From an uncultured Candidatus Sumerlaeota bacterium (lineage in GTDB: Bacteria; Sumerlaeota; Sumerlaeia; SLMS01; CAYUNT01), in contig CAYUNT010000003.1 in assembly GCA_964446285.1 (NCBI GenBank), positions 8 to 64,007 on the forward strand: DNA of 64,000 bases, written 5' to 3'. How positions within the stretch are numbered: the stretch's first letter is position 1; every line of letters starts with the position of its first letter. The position numbers were made by a program, and so were the translations under genes. The notes beneath the pieces are model-generated. The model made no database searches. It saw nothing but the letters and a program-made list of their open reading frames with translations, and was not told the origin of the DNA. Of this stretch, positions 9,699-21,400 are shown piece after piece.

Positions 9699-11717
9699 TC
9701 AATCGATCCGAAGATGGTCCACATTGAGCGTCAGCGACCTGCCTCCGCCGATTTCGTAAGGGAATTCCTTGTGAATCTCGCGGATAAGCACGGTTTGAAT
9801 TGGCATCGTGGTGTGCGCCCTGGCGGACTGGCTCATCGCGCCAAACACGCTGCCGGGCAGGTCGGGCATGGGCTGGTCGCCCACCGCAAGACCTTGCGTC
9901 GGCCGCATCAGCGTCAAATAAAGCGCGTTGGTCGGATACGCCACCTGGAAGCGGTCGATCAGTTGGTCCAGCGTCATCGGCTGATTCAAATACGGCCGCC
10001 GCTGATATTCCATGCGTTCGCGCGAAGAGCCGTCGTTGATTTGCAGCGAGTAGGATCCGTCGTCGAGATCGCGAGGAACCTCGAAGGGGATGGATAATTC
10101 CGAGATGCCGCCTTGCCACTGCTGAACCCATAGGCGGATGCGGGCCGTTTCGCCCGGGCGATAAGAAGGGCGGTCGAGTTCAGCGTTGATAAGGATTGCA
10201 AGATCGGTCCGCTGGCGCAGGCGGCCTTGCATCTCGATTCGCTCGACTTTGACCGGCGCAAACGGATTGTTGAACAAGGTCCCGAGTTGATCGAGCAGCG
10301 GGTATCCGGCCATCAGCACCGGCGTGGAATCGCCCGAGTAGAAATCGCGCCGAGAAATCACGCGCCCGCCCGCCAGGTGAATATCGAGTTTCGATTCGAG
10401 CGTCACGGGGCCGGACGAGCGGTCGTTTGCTTCGATGGCATCCATCCAGGCGATAATGGCCATGTAAGGGCCGTAAAAACGGTGCGGCCAGATTTCGTAA
10501 TTAAACTCTCGTGTTTCGCGCATCTCTGGCAGTTCGAGGCGCACGCGCATCGGCATAAGCGGGGTGCGGTAGCGCAAACTCGCGCCGATGGCTGCGCGGC
10601 GGTCCTGGCGCACCGAGCCGATTTCCTCGAACATCTCGCCGATCTTGAACGGAAACATAATGGTCGGCATGATTCCCTGGATGACGGCGGAAGTCATGGG
10701 GATGTCCACTTCGCCCTCGCCCATCATGGGATGCCCAAAGGCCATCAGGCGGTCGCCGTGGACGTAAGTGGCCGTTCCGATCGCGCCGATGTTGCAATCG
10801 CCCTGCATGAGCAAAACGCCAATCGCCGAACCGTTTTCAATCGGGGGGCGCTCGCCGTAAATTTCGAGGTTGCGGCTGACCAGGCGTCCGGGCTTGCCAC
10901 CGCCCATTCCACCCGCTCCTCCCCCTGCCGCTCCTCCCGCGGCGACGGAAAACCCAAGCGGAGTGAAAAAACGCGACGCCAGTTCAATTACACGCGGACT
11001 GCCCGACGAGACCATCAGCGGCGTGGCAAGCGGTTCCATCAGCGCGCCCTCGGACGGAAATTCGTCCGCGCCCGGGATGCCGAGCCGGCGGGCTTCGCCT
11101 GCGCCCATGCGGAATGACCGTTCGCGGTTCCATCGCTGCATAATGGCGCGCGCCTCGGGCCAATTGCTCGCCGTCGCGCCCGATTCGCGCGGGTGCGGCT
11201 TATGATCCGTGGCGTTGAGCACGCGAAGCATCTGCTCCGCTGGAGTGATGCCCGCCACCGGATCCTTGAGAAAACGGTATCCGTAAGCCACTGCGCCGAG
11301 GAGTTTGCCGTCGATAAATAGCGGACTGCCGCTCATCCCGGCCACGACGCCCAGCCCTTCGAGGCGCGGGTGTTCGAGACGCGCCCAGATTATATCGAAA
11401 CCCGAAAGCGCGCCGTGTTCGACGCCGAGAATCTCGAAATCGAATTCCTCGGTGCGTGTGCCCTGGAACACCGTGCGACCCTTGCCTCGCATTCCAGGCC
11501 GGACGCGCGAAACGGGGAAAAAGTCGTTCGGGTTCAGGTCATCGGGCCATTGGAGATACTCAGGGAACCCGGCCTCGATTGCGGCTTTCTGGCGCGCATC
11601 CGAAGCGGCGGGCGCGGGAGGAGCGGCCGCATCGCCCACGCTAAAAGCCGGAATTGCCGCCAGTAAAAATACGAGCGCGAAAAAGGACATCATGAGCCTG
11701 GCAATTCGATTTTTCAT
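9699..11717 (-). CDS. SpoIVB peptidase S55 domain protein (secreted)
   Basis: Signal peptide, G.G.TVFQGT..E.F, VAGMSGSP (S55 catalytic Ser), AFGHPM motifs. Start ATG 11717 preferred over GTG 11738. Confidence 0.85.
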   Translation of the reverse strand: MKNRIARLMMSFFALVFLLAAIPAFSVGDAAAPPAPAASDARQKAAIEAGFPEYLQWPDDLNPNDFFPVSRVRPGMRGKGRTVFQGTRTEEFDFEILGVEHGALSGFDIIWARLEHPRLEGLGVVAGMSGSPLFIDGKLLGAVAYGYRFLKDPVAGITPAEQMLRVLNATDHKPHPRESGATASNWPEARAIMQRWNRERSFRMGAGEARRLGIPGADEFPSEGALMEPLATPLMVSSGSPRVIELASRFFTPLGFSVAAGGAAGGGAGGMGGGKPGRLVSRNLEIYGERPPIENGSAIGVLLMQGDCNIGAIGTATYVHGDRLMAFGHPMMGEGEVDIPMTSAVIQGIMPTIMFPFKIGEMFEEIGSVRQDRRAAIGASLRYRTPLMPMRVRLELPEMRETREFNYEIWPHRFYGPYMAIIAWMDAIEANDRSSGPVTLESKLDIHLAGGRVISRRDFYSGDSTPVLMAGYPLLDQLGTLFNNPFAPVKVERIEMQGRLRQRTDLAILINAELDRPSYRPGETARIRLWVQQWQGGISELSIPFEVPRDLDDGSYSLQINDGSSRERMEYQRRPYLNQPMTLDQLIDRFQVAYPTNALYLTLMRPTQGLAVGDQPMPDLPGSVFGAMSQSARAHTTMPIQTVLIREIHKEFPYEIGGGRSLTLNVDHLRID

Positions 11718-11754
11718 GGGGAATTGGCTGCCTGCCACAGTGTAGTTAATTTAT

Positions 11755-11963
11755 ATAGGACTTATAAGACCTATGGGACGAATAGGACCTATGGGACGAA
11801 TGGAACTAAATTTGTAGTTCACTACTTGCCATTCACCTTTTTCACTTGCTGTCCACCACCCGCTGTCAGCTCTTCACTGCCGACTGTCCACTGCTCACTG
11901 CCCACTGTTCGCTGTCCACTTTCTTCATTATTAACTCACAACCCACAACCCACAACTCACAAC
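11755..11963 (-). repeat. Composite short tandem repeat, reverse orientation (nonamers then CACTG/CCACAAC heptamers on + strand)
   Basis: GGACCTATG-type units, then CCACAAC units. Confidence 0.85.
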
Positions 11964-11965
11964 AC

Positions 11966-12886
11966 TCATCCTGGCCCGGCGGCTTTCGCCAGATGCAGCA
12001 GGATGAATATAACCGACGCGCCCCATAGCAGAACCGTTGTCAGAAGCGGGAAGTCCGTAAGCAGGAGGATTTCGGGCGCGCCGCCTTCCTCCCGGCGGAA
12101 AACAAGCCAGATGTATCGGAAGATGCCATAGAGCACAAAGGGTATTGTGTAGATCATGCCAATGCGCCCTCCGGCCAGCGGCGCGGAAAACTGCCCCTGC
12201 GTGGTCCAAAGCGCGTAGGAAAACAATGTTCCGGCCGTGGCCACCATTAGGAGCACATCCAGGAACCCCACCGAGTATTCGCCAAGCACCGGGCGGTGAT
12301 TGGCGGCATCCGCGCCGAGCAAGACGAGTTCGTTGCGGCGTTTGCAAATGGCCAGAAACAGCGCCAGAAACAGCGTGGTCAGAAGGAAGTAACTCGTGAT
12401 GGGGATGTCGGCGCCGGGGATCGAGATGACCTCGATGCCGCCGAGCGCCCGCAACACAAACCCGAGGGCCAGGATCAAAATGTCCAGGACAACCACGTTT
12501 TTGAGGCGGACGGAATAGGCGATAGTGAGGATGATATAGATCAGCGCGGTGTATCCGAACGGCCGCGTGAGGGCGAAGGCGAGCGCCAGGCCGCCCACGC
12601 AGCCCGCCGCGGCCACTGCCCACCCAAGCCAGATCGGCACGCGCCCCGAGGCGATGGGCCGGTTGCGCTTTTTCGGGTGCTGGCGGTCTTGCTCGACGTC
12701 GAAGATGTCGTTAATAATATAGACAACGCTCGACAGGGCGCAAAACACCACAAAACCCAGGATGGCGTTGCGCACCATGAGCGGGTTGCGCCAGTTTTGC
12801 GAGAAAACAAGGCCCGCGAAAATCAGCAGGTTTTTTATCCACTGCCTGGGCCGGCATTCTTTCAACAACCCGCTAAGCAATCCCAT
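11966..12886 (-). CDS. UbiA-family prenyltransferase, decaprenyl-phosphate phosphoribosyltransferase-like
   Basis: RP.QWIKNLLIF, YIINDIFD.E.DR.HP.K..RPIASG, KRRNE motifs; multi-TM; RBS GAGGA before ATG 12886. Confidence 0.88.
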   Translation of the reverse strand: MGLLSGLLKECRPRQWIKNLLIFAGLVFSQNWRNPLMVRNAILGFVVFCALSSVVYIINDIFDVEQDRQHPKKRNRPIASGRVPIWLGWAVAAAGCVGGLALAFALTRPFGYTALIYIILTIAYSVRLKNVVVLDILILALGFVLRALGGIEVISIPGADIPITSYFLLTTLFLALFLAICKRRNELVLLGADAANHRPVLGEYSVGFLDVLLMVATAGTLFSYALWTTQGQFSAPLAGGRIGMIYTIPFVLYGIFRYIWLVFRREEGGAPEILLLTDFPLLTTVLLWGASVIFILLHLAKAAGPG

Positions 12887-13310
12887 TCGATCCTCAAACC
12901 TCGCCTTGTGAACGATGCAAATTCCGCACGCCTGGGACAGCGCGCGCCCTGCCTTTGGCGACCGCACCAGGCAAATGGCGAACGCGCCAGCCGGCGGCAC
13001 ACGCGCCAGCGTGCCGGAAAGCAGTTAATCCATGCCCGATTCGCCTGTCGAGGCTTTGTTCCACGCTGGGTTCGGCGCCGCGAGGCAATTCGTTCTGTGC
13101 AACTCCGCGGCATCCGGCCTTTCTGGCGCCTTTCTCCGCCGAGGAAATCCAATTGCCTTGCGGCGGAAAAACATGGCGAATTGAAAGAGAAGTTAGCCGG
13201 GGCAGGGCGCGTGTGTCCGCGCATGCAGATGGTGAGGCCGGCCCGCGGAAAAAATCGACGTATAGTATTCTATCCCAGATGCTGACATTGCGCACTTTGG
13301 AGGAACGGCC

Positions 13311-14522
13311 ATGAATATCCATAGGAAATGGCAAAAAGGCGTCGCAATCCTAATTCCGGCTCTTGCTATCCTTTTTGTGGGCGCTGGGATTGATGAGGGA
13401 CTCGCCAAAGAAAACGCCCCCGCCGGCCCAATACCTCAGCCGATGAAGGTGATTAAGGGAGACTTGGGCATTGTAATCACAGACGCCCCTCTTTCCGGCG
13501 GCGGCGCTTCGAGCCGGGGAATCATCAAAGGAAGGGCTTCGGGCGTGGACCCGCGCCAAACCCGCGTGGTGATTTACTCTCACACCGATCGCTGGTATGT
13601 TCAGCCCTATGACGTGCGCCCCTACACGACGATTCGCTCCAATGGTGTCTGGGCCAAGACAATTCACCTGGGCGAAACTTACGCCGCTCTGCTGGTGAAG
13701 CGTTCCTATATTCCCCCGCCGACTCTGGATGTTCTTCCGCCAGTGGGGGAGTATGTTCTCGCTGTGACCACGGCCGCTGCGAGCGAACGCAATGTGGTTT
13801 TTTCCGGATACGAATGGGGCGTGAAATCCAGCGATGCGCCCGTGGGGCCTGGGCCAAATCTGTTTTCAAACAGCAGGAAAAATGTATGGACTGATTCGCA
13901 GGGGCGGCTTCATCTACGGATTATCCGCCAAAAAAACCAGTGGTATTGTTCGGAAGCGGTTCTGGCGAATTCTCTCGGATACGGAACCTACCGTTTTTAT
14001 ATCGACCGGCGCTTGGACAATCTCCCGCCAAGCGCGGTCCTTGGGCTTTTTACGTGGAGCGATGCTGCCGAGCAAGCGCACCGCGAAATCGACATCGAGT
14101 TCTCGCGTTGGGGCGATGCGAACAACCAAAGCGCACAATATGTGATTCAGCCTTACGATACGCCGGGCAATATGACGCGTTTCGATATGCCTGCGCGCCT
14201 GAAAACCTCCACGCATAGTTTCCTCTGGGAACCGGGGCGAGTGTCTTTCCTCAGTTTGAAGGGACGTAAAATTCAAGATTACACGGTGGCGGATAAAATT
14301 TTCGAATGGACCACATCGCAGGGCATTCCTCAACCAGGCGACGAAACGGCGCGGATTAATTTGTGGCTCTTCGATGCCAACCGCGACGGAGTTGGCGATC
14401 CGCCTTCAAACCGGCGAAATATCGAAGTTGTCATACGAAAATTCGAGTTTATTCCCTGGACAAGTCCCTGCACAGCAAATGCCGAGCCGGATTCCGGGAA
14501 AATGCCGCGAATCGGCGGATAA
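13311..14522 (+). CDS. Secreted GH16-like (concanavalin-A fold) glycoside hydrolase with extra N-terminal domain
   Basis: Signal peptide, RBS GGAGG, catalytic EIDIEF (ExDxE) motif, GYGTYRF strand. Confidence 0.75.
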   Translation: MNIHRKWQKGVAILIPALAILFVGAGIDEGLAKENAPAGPIPQPMKVIKGDLGIVITDAPLSGGGASSRGIIKGRASGVDPRQTRVVIYSHTDRWYVQPYDVRPYTTIRSNGVWAKTIHLGETYAALLVKRSYIPPPTLDVLPPVGEYVLAVTTAAASERNVVFSGYEWGVKSSDAPVGPGPNLFSNSRKNVWTDSQGRLHLRIIRQKNQWYCSEAVLANSLGYGTYRFYIDRRLDNLPPSAVLGLFTWSDAAEQAHREIDIEFSRWGDANNQSAQYVIQPYDTPGNMTRFDMPARLKTSTHSFLWEPGRVSFLSLKGRKIQDYTVADKIFEWTTSQGIPQPGDETARINLWLFDANRDGVGDPPSNRRNIEVVIRKFEFIPWTSPCTANAEPDSGKMPRIGG

Positions 14523-14604
14523 GGCCCAAAGCGGATCTTGCCAGTTTTCCTCAGATTTCGCGGCGGTTTGCGCCGTCAGAGCGGATTGTTGAGGCGGTAA
14601 TTTA

Positions 14605-17571
14605 TCAGGCGCGCGCTGGCGCTTTTTTAAGCGCAGAATGCTGCGGGTCTTCGCGCAGGAAGCGGCCGGTGTGGCTGCGGGGATTTTGGGCGATGATTTC
14701 GGGAGGGCCTTGCGCGACGATTTCGCCGCCGGCGTCGCCGCCCTCGGGGCCAAGGTCGATCAGCCAGTCGCAGGAACGGATTACGTCGAGGTTGTGCTCG
14801 ATGATGATGACGGTCGATCCGGCGTCCACAAGGCGGTGCAGGACCTCCAAAAGCTTTTTCACATCGGCAAAATGCAGGCCCGTCGTCGGTTCGTCGAGCA
14901 GATACACTGTCCGGCCGGTGTTGCGTTTCGAGAGTTCGCGCGCGAGTTTGATGCGCTGCGCCTCGCCGCCCGAAAGCGTTGTCGCCGATTGCCCAAGCGT
15001 CAAATACCCAAGCCCGACTTCGTTCAGGACGGCGATCTTGCGTTGAATCGCGGGGATTGCGGAAAACACCTCGCCCGCTTCCTCGATGGTCATCGCCAGC
15101 ACCTCGGCGATGTTGCGCCCGCGATAGCGCACATCGAGCGTCTCGCGGTTGAACCGCCGCCCGTGGCACGCCTCGCATTCCACATACACATCGGGCAGAA
15201 ACTGCATCTCCATGCGGATCATGCCGTCGCCCTTGCACGTCTCGCACCGTCCGCCTTTTACGTTGAACGAAAAACGCCCCGGGCGGTAGCCGCGCACTTT
15301 TGCCTCTGGCAGCTGAGCAAATAAATCCCGAATCAGATCAAAGGTTTTCGTGTAGGTTGCCGGATTCGAACGCGGTGTGCGCCCAATGGGCGACTGATCC
15401 ACGTCGATCACCTTGTCGATGTGTTCCAGCCCCTCGATTGCGCCGACCGCTCCGATGGCGCGGTGCGATCCATACACGTGATTGGCGAGCGCGGGCCAAA
15501 GCGTGTCCACCACGAGCGACGATTTACCCGATCCCGACACGCCTGTGATTCCGATCATCAGCCCGAGCGGCAATTCGACGTCGATTTTCTTCAGATTGTG
15601 TTCGGCGCAGCCGCGAAGAATCAGGCTCTCTCCCTCGCGCGGACGCCGCCGTTTGCACTGAAAATCAATCCGTTCTGTCCCGGCCAGATAGCGCCCCGTA
15701 ACCGAGTCCGCGCACGAGGCGATTTCGTCGGGCGTTCCCGCCGCCACCAGCCGCCCGCCCAGCCGCCCGGCCGCCGGACCGAGATCGAGAACGTAATCAG
15801 ACGACCGGATGGTCTGTTCGTCATGCTCGACCACAATCACCGTATTTCCCAGGTCGCGCAAGCCTTTTAGCGAATGGATCAGGCGTTCGTTGTCGCGCTG
15901 GTGCAGGCCGATGGACGGCTCGTCGAGCACATACAGGACGCCGGTGAGTTGCGAGCCGATTTGCGTGGCCAGCCGGATGCGCTGCGCCTCGCCGCCCGAA
16001 AGCGTTCCCGCGCCGCGATTGAGCGTCAGATAGCCCAGACCCACATTCAGCAAAAACCCAAGCCGGTCCGTGATCTGGCGCATCGGCTGCTGGGCGATCA
16101 ACGCTTCGCGATCCGAGAGCGATGCGCCGAGCGACTCGAAAAACTCCGCCGCTTTATCGACAGAAAGCGCGCACACGTCGGAAATTGACCGCCCGCCCAC
16201 CGTTACCGCGCGGCTCTCTGGCTTCAGGCGCGCGCCGGCGCATTCCGGGCACGCACGGTCCGTGATGTATTCCTCGTAATAGTCCACCATGTTCTCGGAA
16301 TTCGTTTCGGCCATGCGGCGCAGCAGCGTGGGAATCACGCCCTCGAACGGACGGTTGTGTTTGTAGCGTGTCTTGCCGTGCACAATTGTGAAGGCTATTT
16401 TTTCGCGTCCGCTGCCTTCAAGCAAAACGCGCCGCTGCCGTTCGGTCAGCGAGGTCCAGGGCGCATCCATGTCCACTTCGAGCCGGTCGCAAACGCCCTC
16501 GATAATCTGGCGTCCCCAGGGCATTTCCGGCTCCTCACTCCGCGTCCGCCCGCTTTCTGTCACAAAATAGTTGCGCCAGGGCACGACGGCTCCCTTGCGG
16601 ATGGAAAGCGACGGGTCGGGAACAATCCGCGCAGGGTCCATTTCGCGGATAACGCCCAGCCCCTCGCAATGCGGGCAGGCTCCATAACGGGAATTGAATG
16701 AAAACGAGCGCGGGGACAATTCGAGGAGTTGCGGGCCATGTTCAGGGCACGCCATCGCTTGCGAAAACACGCGCTCGCCCGTCCACGTTTTTGCGTCGCT
16801 CTCCTGCTTTGCATTGCTATCCTGCGCCGATGGTTTGCGCGCGCCCAGTTCCACGATGTCGATTGCCGCCAGCCCATCCGCTTTTTTCAGCGCCAGCGAC
16901 ACGGCTTCCGTCAGGCGCGCGCGCAGGTCGCCCCCCCCGATCACCAGGCGGTCGATCACGATGGAAATGTCATGTTTGAATTGCTTTTTCAGGCGCATCG
17001 CCGGGTCGATCTCGATGACCTTGCCATCGACCTTGGCCCGGATGAAACCCTCTTTGACGGCGTCCGCGAATATCTTTTGATACTCGCCCTTGCGCCCGCG
17101 AATCACTGGCGCAAGCACGAGCAACCGTGTCCCGGCAGGAAGATTCATTACCGCATCGACGATCCCATGCACTGTCTGGCGTTCGAGCGGACGCCCGCAA
17201 TGCGGGCAGTGCGCCTGCCCGATTCCCGCGTAGAGCACGCGCAGGAAATCGTAGATTTCCGTTACGGTTCCGACGGTCGAACGCGGATTGCGGGCGGTCG
17301 TCTTTTGCTCGATCGAGATCGCGGGCGACAGGCCTTCGATGTGCTCGACGCGCGGCTTGGGCATCTGATCGAGGAACTGGCGCGCATAAGCCGAAAGCGA
17401 TTCGACATAGCGCCGCTGGCCCTCCGCGTAAATTGTGTCGAAGGCCAGCGAGGATTTTCCCGAGCCGGAAATCCCAGTAACCACAGTGAGCGAACCGCGG
17501 GGAATCCGGCAGTTTACGTGCTGAAGATTGTGCTCCGCCGCGCCGATAATTACCAGATCGCGCCTGGACAT
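14605..17571 (-). CDS. uvrA: Excinuclease ABC subunit A
   Basis: Two Walker A motifs ([18 protein letters not shown]), two LSGGEAQRI signatures, Zn fingers. Confidence 0.99.
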   Translation of the reverse strand: MSRRDLVIIGAAEHNLQHVNCRIPRGSLTVVTGISGSGKSSLAFDTIYAEGQRRYVESLSAYARQFLDQMPKPRVEHIEGLSPAISIEQKTTARNPRSTVGTVTEIYDFLRVLYAGIGQAHCPHCGRPLERQTVHGIVDAVMNLPAGTRLLVLAPVIRGRKGEYQKIFADAVKEGFIRAKVDGKVIEIDPAMRLKKQFKHDISIVIDRLVIGGGDLRARLTEAVSLALKKADGLAAIDIVELGARKPSAQDSNAKQESDAKTWTGERVFSQAMACPEHGPQLLELSPRSFSFNSRYGACPHCEGLGVIREMDPARIVPDPSLSIRKGAVVPWRNYFVTESGRTRSEEPEMPWGRQIIEGVCDRLEVDMDAPWTSLTERQRRVLLEGSGREKIAFTIVHGKTRYKHNRPFEGVIPTLLRRMAETNSENMVDYYEEYITDRACPECAGARLKPESRAVTVGGRSISDVCALSVDKAAEFFESLGASLSDREALIAQQPMRQITDRLGFLLNVGLGYLTLNRGAGTLSGGEAQRIRLATQIGSQLTGVLYVLDEPSIGLHQRDNERLIHSLKGLRDLGNTVIVVEHDEQTIRSSDYVLDLGPAAGRLGGRLVAAGTPDEIASCADSVTGRYLAGTERIDFQCKRRRPREGESLILRGCAEHNLKKIDVELPLGLMIGITGVSGSGKSSLVVDTLWPALANHVYGSHRAIGAVGAIEGLEHIDKVIDVDQSPIGRTPRSNPATYTKTFDLIRDLFAQLPEAKVRGYRPGRFSFNVKGGRCETCKGDGMIRMEMQFLPDVYVECEACHGRRFNRETLDVRYRGRNIAEVLAMTIEEAGEVFSAIPAIQRKIAVLNEVGLGYLTLGQSATTLSGGEAQRIKLARELSKRNTGRTVYLLDEPTTGLHFADVKKLLEVLHRLVDAGSTVIIIEHNLDVIRSCDWLIDLGPEGGDAGGEIVAQGPPEIIAQNPRSHTGRFLREDPQHSALKKAPARA

Positions 17572-17625
17572 TCTTTAATCCTTATGCATTGCGGACACCG
17601 CCGCCGCCGCCGCGCAAGGCCGCGC

Positions 17626-18063
17626 TCAATCGGTGGCCGGCGCAAGCGCAGGCGCGTCCAGAGGCAGGGGAGACTCCTCGGGGCGCTCGCCCTCCAGCGC
17701 CACCACGGCCGCCGCCACGCTGTGGCTGTGGCTCAGCGACACATGCGCCGACCATGCGCCGCGTTCCGCCGCCGCCTGAGCCGCGCATCCAGACAGCAGC
17801 AGGTGCGGAGCGCCCAGCGAATCGTTCTCGATCCGTATGTCCGCCCAGCGGATTCCGTGCGTCATGCCGAGTCCGACCGCTTTCGAAAACGCCTCTTTCG
17901 CAGCGAATCGCGCCGCATAGTGAAGAAGAGGGGTTGCCATCCGGTCGCAGTATTCCCTCTCGTTGGGCGCGAAAATCCGCTTTTTGAAACGCTCTCCGTG
18001 GCGCTCCATCGCCGCCTGAATCCGCGATACTTCTATCACGTCGATGCCGAGTCCAAGAATCAT
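17626..18063 (-). CDS. acpS: Holo-[acyl-carrier-protein] synthase
   Basis: GLGIDVIE, ARFAAKEAFSKA.G.G, VSLSHS motifs. Confidence 0.95.
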   Translation of the reverse strand: MILGLGIDVIEVSRIQAAMERHGERFKKRIFAPNEREYCDRMATPLLHYAARFAAKEAFSKAVGLGMTHGIRWADIRIENDSLGAPHLLLSGCAAQAAAERGAWSAHVSLSHSHSVAAAVVALEGERPEESPLPLDAPALAPATD

Positions 18064-18276
18064 AAGATATTCTCCAGAGGCGCCCCTGCCAGCGGAGTGG
18101 CTGCTGGCCGATGCGCCATATATAATGAGACGTTAAAAGACAAAAAGGGACGCAAAGGACATAAGGAACCCAAAGGAAGAAGAGCATTCGCGGGATGGCA
18201 CTTGCCCGCCAGCGCCTTTATTACTCTTCCTCGCCCGGTTCATTCAATCGAGAAGGCGCACGGCCCGGACCGTCAG

Positions 18277-18379
18277 CCAGGAACTGTTCAAAGTGCAGGA
18301 AAAACCTTGGGCGAGACGCTCAAGCCACCGGATTCACGAACAAAATGCCCATGCCGCCAGCAACTGTGAACAGTTGCTG
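18277..18379. mobile_element. 103-bp MITE, copy 1
   Basis: TIRs CCAGGAACTGTTCAAAGT (18277-18294) and ACTGTGAACAGTTGCTG(G). Flanked by the direct repeat GGACCGTCAG at 18267-18276 and 18380-18389. Homologous to 34053-34155. Confidence 0.85.
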
Positions 18380-18410
18380 GGACCGTCAGGCCTGTCGCGG
18401 CCATTCGCCG

Positions 18411-21400
18411 TCAGTGCGCTATCAGGCCCCGCCCCGAGGCATTTCCCAAAACATCCAGAACCGCCCCTTCAGACTCCACGGATGTCAGTGCGTCCGATAC
18501 CACAACGGAATACACGCCGGCGTCGGACAATTGTGCCGCGTCAATGGCGTAGGTGGCCTGCGTGGCGCCCTCGATCGGCGATTCATCCTTATTCCATTGA
18601 AATGACACCTGCCCGAGGCCGCTGCCAGTTTCCACGGAGAACTCCACTCGCGCGCCCACGCTCGCCACTCGATTTTCCGGCGGGCGCGTAATCTGGATTC
18701 CGTTGTAAGGCGCATCGAGGCGCACGTTGTCGATCCAAGCGCCCTCGCGCGCGGTGGGCGATCCCGTGTGGTTCTCGCGAAATCCCACCTGGAACGCGCC
18801 AGCAAGCGGACCGCCTTCCGGCACGTCGCCCGCATATACAATCTGGTTGTTCAGCGCGGCGATCAAACGCCTTGGCGCAGGCGCGCCCGGATTGATCGAG
18901 AGGTAAAATGGCGCCCATGCCCCTTCGGCGGCGCCGAGCGACTGGCGCGTTGCATTGCCAAGCAGCAAGGAGATTTCCGCATCCTGATTGTCGTTTGTGG
19001 CGTAAATAAAATCGAACGCCCCCGGATGATTCGCCTGGCCGTCGTTCATGGTCACGTTCTGATTCATATAAATGAGCCAATAGCCGCCTTCGTGTCCGGA
19101 CCCTGCCGGAGAGGATGTGAAAAATGTGCTGCCTTGGCGTCCGCATATTCCGACGGCCACTGCCTGCGCGGGTTCCGCCGCCGCGGGGAGATAAATGAAC
19201 CCCGAGGCGCTGTAGCCCGAGCCGTCTGCTCCGAGCGATGGCCCGCCCATCATGCCGATCACACCGCCTCCCGCCGTGTCCACGCATCGCCAGGCCTTTC
19301 CCTGTCCTTGCATCGCGGGCACCCCGGCGTCGGCGGGATTCTGGAGGCTGATTGCGCGATAGGTTTGGAGCGCGCCCGCGGGGGGCGTTTCAAAATCGAA
19401 GGACTCGGGCAGTGCGTCCGCGCCTTGGTTCGCCTTGCCCGGCGTGGACGTCATCAGGGCGAAATCCGCGCCGTTGATATAGGAATTCGCGCCGTCGGGG
19501 CTTCGCCCAAACGAATACGTGGCATTCGCCGCGTCATATCCGAGCGCCGCCTCGCCGAGCCAGGACGGGCCGTTGTCTGTGACGATCGGATCGCCCGGAC
19601 CGTCCAGGCCGCCCAGCCCGCCGAAGGTGCGGTAGGCCACGGAATCATAAAGGACTTGCGTAGTGGGATCGAACAACTGAATTGCCGATGGAATGCCCGC
19701 CAGGAGGAAATCCGCCGCGATTGTCAGATTCGCGCCATCCGCCGCCGATTCGGCGATGACAAAATACCCCGCGCCGCCGCCCGCGTCGGCGATGGAATAT
19801 CCGCCCAGGGGAATCGTGCGCGAGATGGTCCCCTCGGCGCCCTCGACGACGCGCGCCTCCAGCCCCGCCGGAAATGCACCCGCCGTGCCTCGAATTTCCA
19901 CAAAGTGCCGGCCTGTTTCGGCATAGCGAAATTCATTGATGAGATATTCCCGCCCGCCCGGATTCGCCTGCGTGTATCGTAATTCGTCCAGATAGACCGA
20001 TCCCGCGCCAGCCGCGCCGCCGCCTTGGATCAGCACGCCAATGAATGCCAGATCGCGCGCGCCCGCGCCTGCCGTGTCGAGCAGTCCATCGCCCGAATTA
20101 TACTGCTTGAATTTTGTCACATAGGCGGTGGCGGACCCTGCCTCATTCAAATCCCACGAGAGCGTGCGCCATCCCGCCGTGGCCAGGCTGTTGGGCGGAC
20201 CCATTTCCAATTGCCCCTTCGCGTCCATCAGAATCATGCGAATCGTCCGGCCTGAATAAGCCGAGGCCGCGTAGCAATCCAGAAGCACCTTGGTGGTGGA
20301 ATCGAAAAAGCCTTTTGCGGACAAGCGATCTGGCGTTGTTGTGTATGTGTTGTGCCCGAGGATTTCGTATCCGAAGAACAGCTGATTGCCCGCCGTGGCC
20401 GTGAAGCTGAAGTTGAGCCTCATGCAATAACTGCTGTTGGCGGGTTTTCCTGCTCCGGATGGCGTGGCCACCACGGCGCGCGACGTGCCCGAGGCCACAA
20501 CCCCCACGCCGTCGGAGCCTTCCGTGGGGCTTCTCCAGCGCGCGTCGAAGTTGGAAGGCTCCTCCCATCGCTCGATTGCATATTCGCGAACGCCCGGCGG
20601 CGCGAAGAGCTCCTGCACCGCCTGATAAATCTGAGGATATGTGCGCGTTTTGCTTACGGATGCGCCCGTTTCAATATCGCGCGACGTAAAACTGCCGAGC
20701 GGATTGCCGGCCATCCACATAAGCGACCAGAATCCCACGCCGCCGAGACGCCGCCCCGTGTTTTCTGCCCCCACCCAATGCTTGGCTGCGTTCATTTTCA
20801 CACGCAGTGAGTCCTCATCGTCATAATTATACATGTTGAATTGCGCGCCATTTGCCACGGCGAACCACACGCTTTCCGACGGCGAATGGTAGAAGCGCTC
20901 GCGCGGCGGATTCAAAAGCACGGTCTGGAATTTCATGTCCACGTATCCGACCGATCCGATGTTGGACGACTTGGTTGCGCCGTAAGCGGCGGTGTCCGCG
21001 ACCATCGCGTATCCATAGGACGGAAGGGCGAGAACGATTTTTTCCGGCGGACAGCCGTTGGCAATGAAGGCATCCACCTGTTCCTGATAACGGTTCTGCG
21101 GGGCAACGGCCTGCGCATAGCTATTCCAACTGCCGGACCACGGATAGCAGCTGAAGTCGATGAAATCCACGCTGGCGGCCACTTGCGCGAGGTCATAGCG
21201 CGAAGAGTAGGTCGGGCCGAGGTAAATCGACACCTCCAGCGGCGCGATGGCCGTCTTGAGTTCGCCAACAAATTGCGTGATTCCAGCGCCCGTGGCGCTT
21301 GCGAATGGCGCTGGCTCGAAGTCGAGATTCACCCCCGCGCAATTGCTGCTTCCCGACTGCGCGATTAGGGCCTTCAGGTTAGTTATTAGCGTTTGGCGGA

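Noticed and set aside
18146-18157. GGGACGCAAAG resembling a c-di-GMP-I riboswitch segment
   Set aside because: Part of a nonamer repeat tract; the upstream GGCAAAC/GAAA elements are absent.
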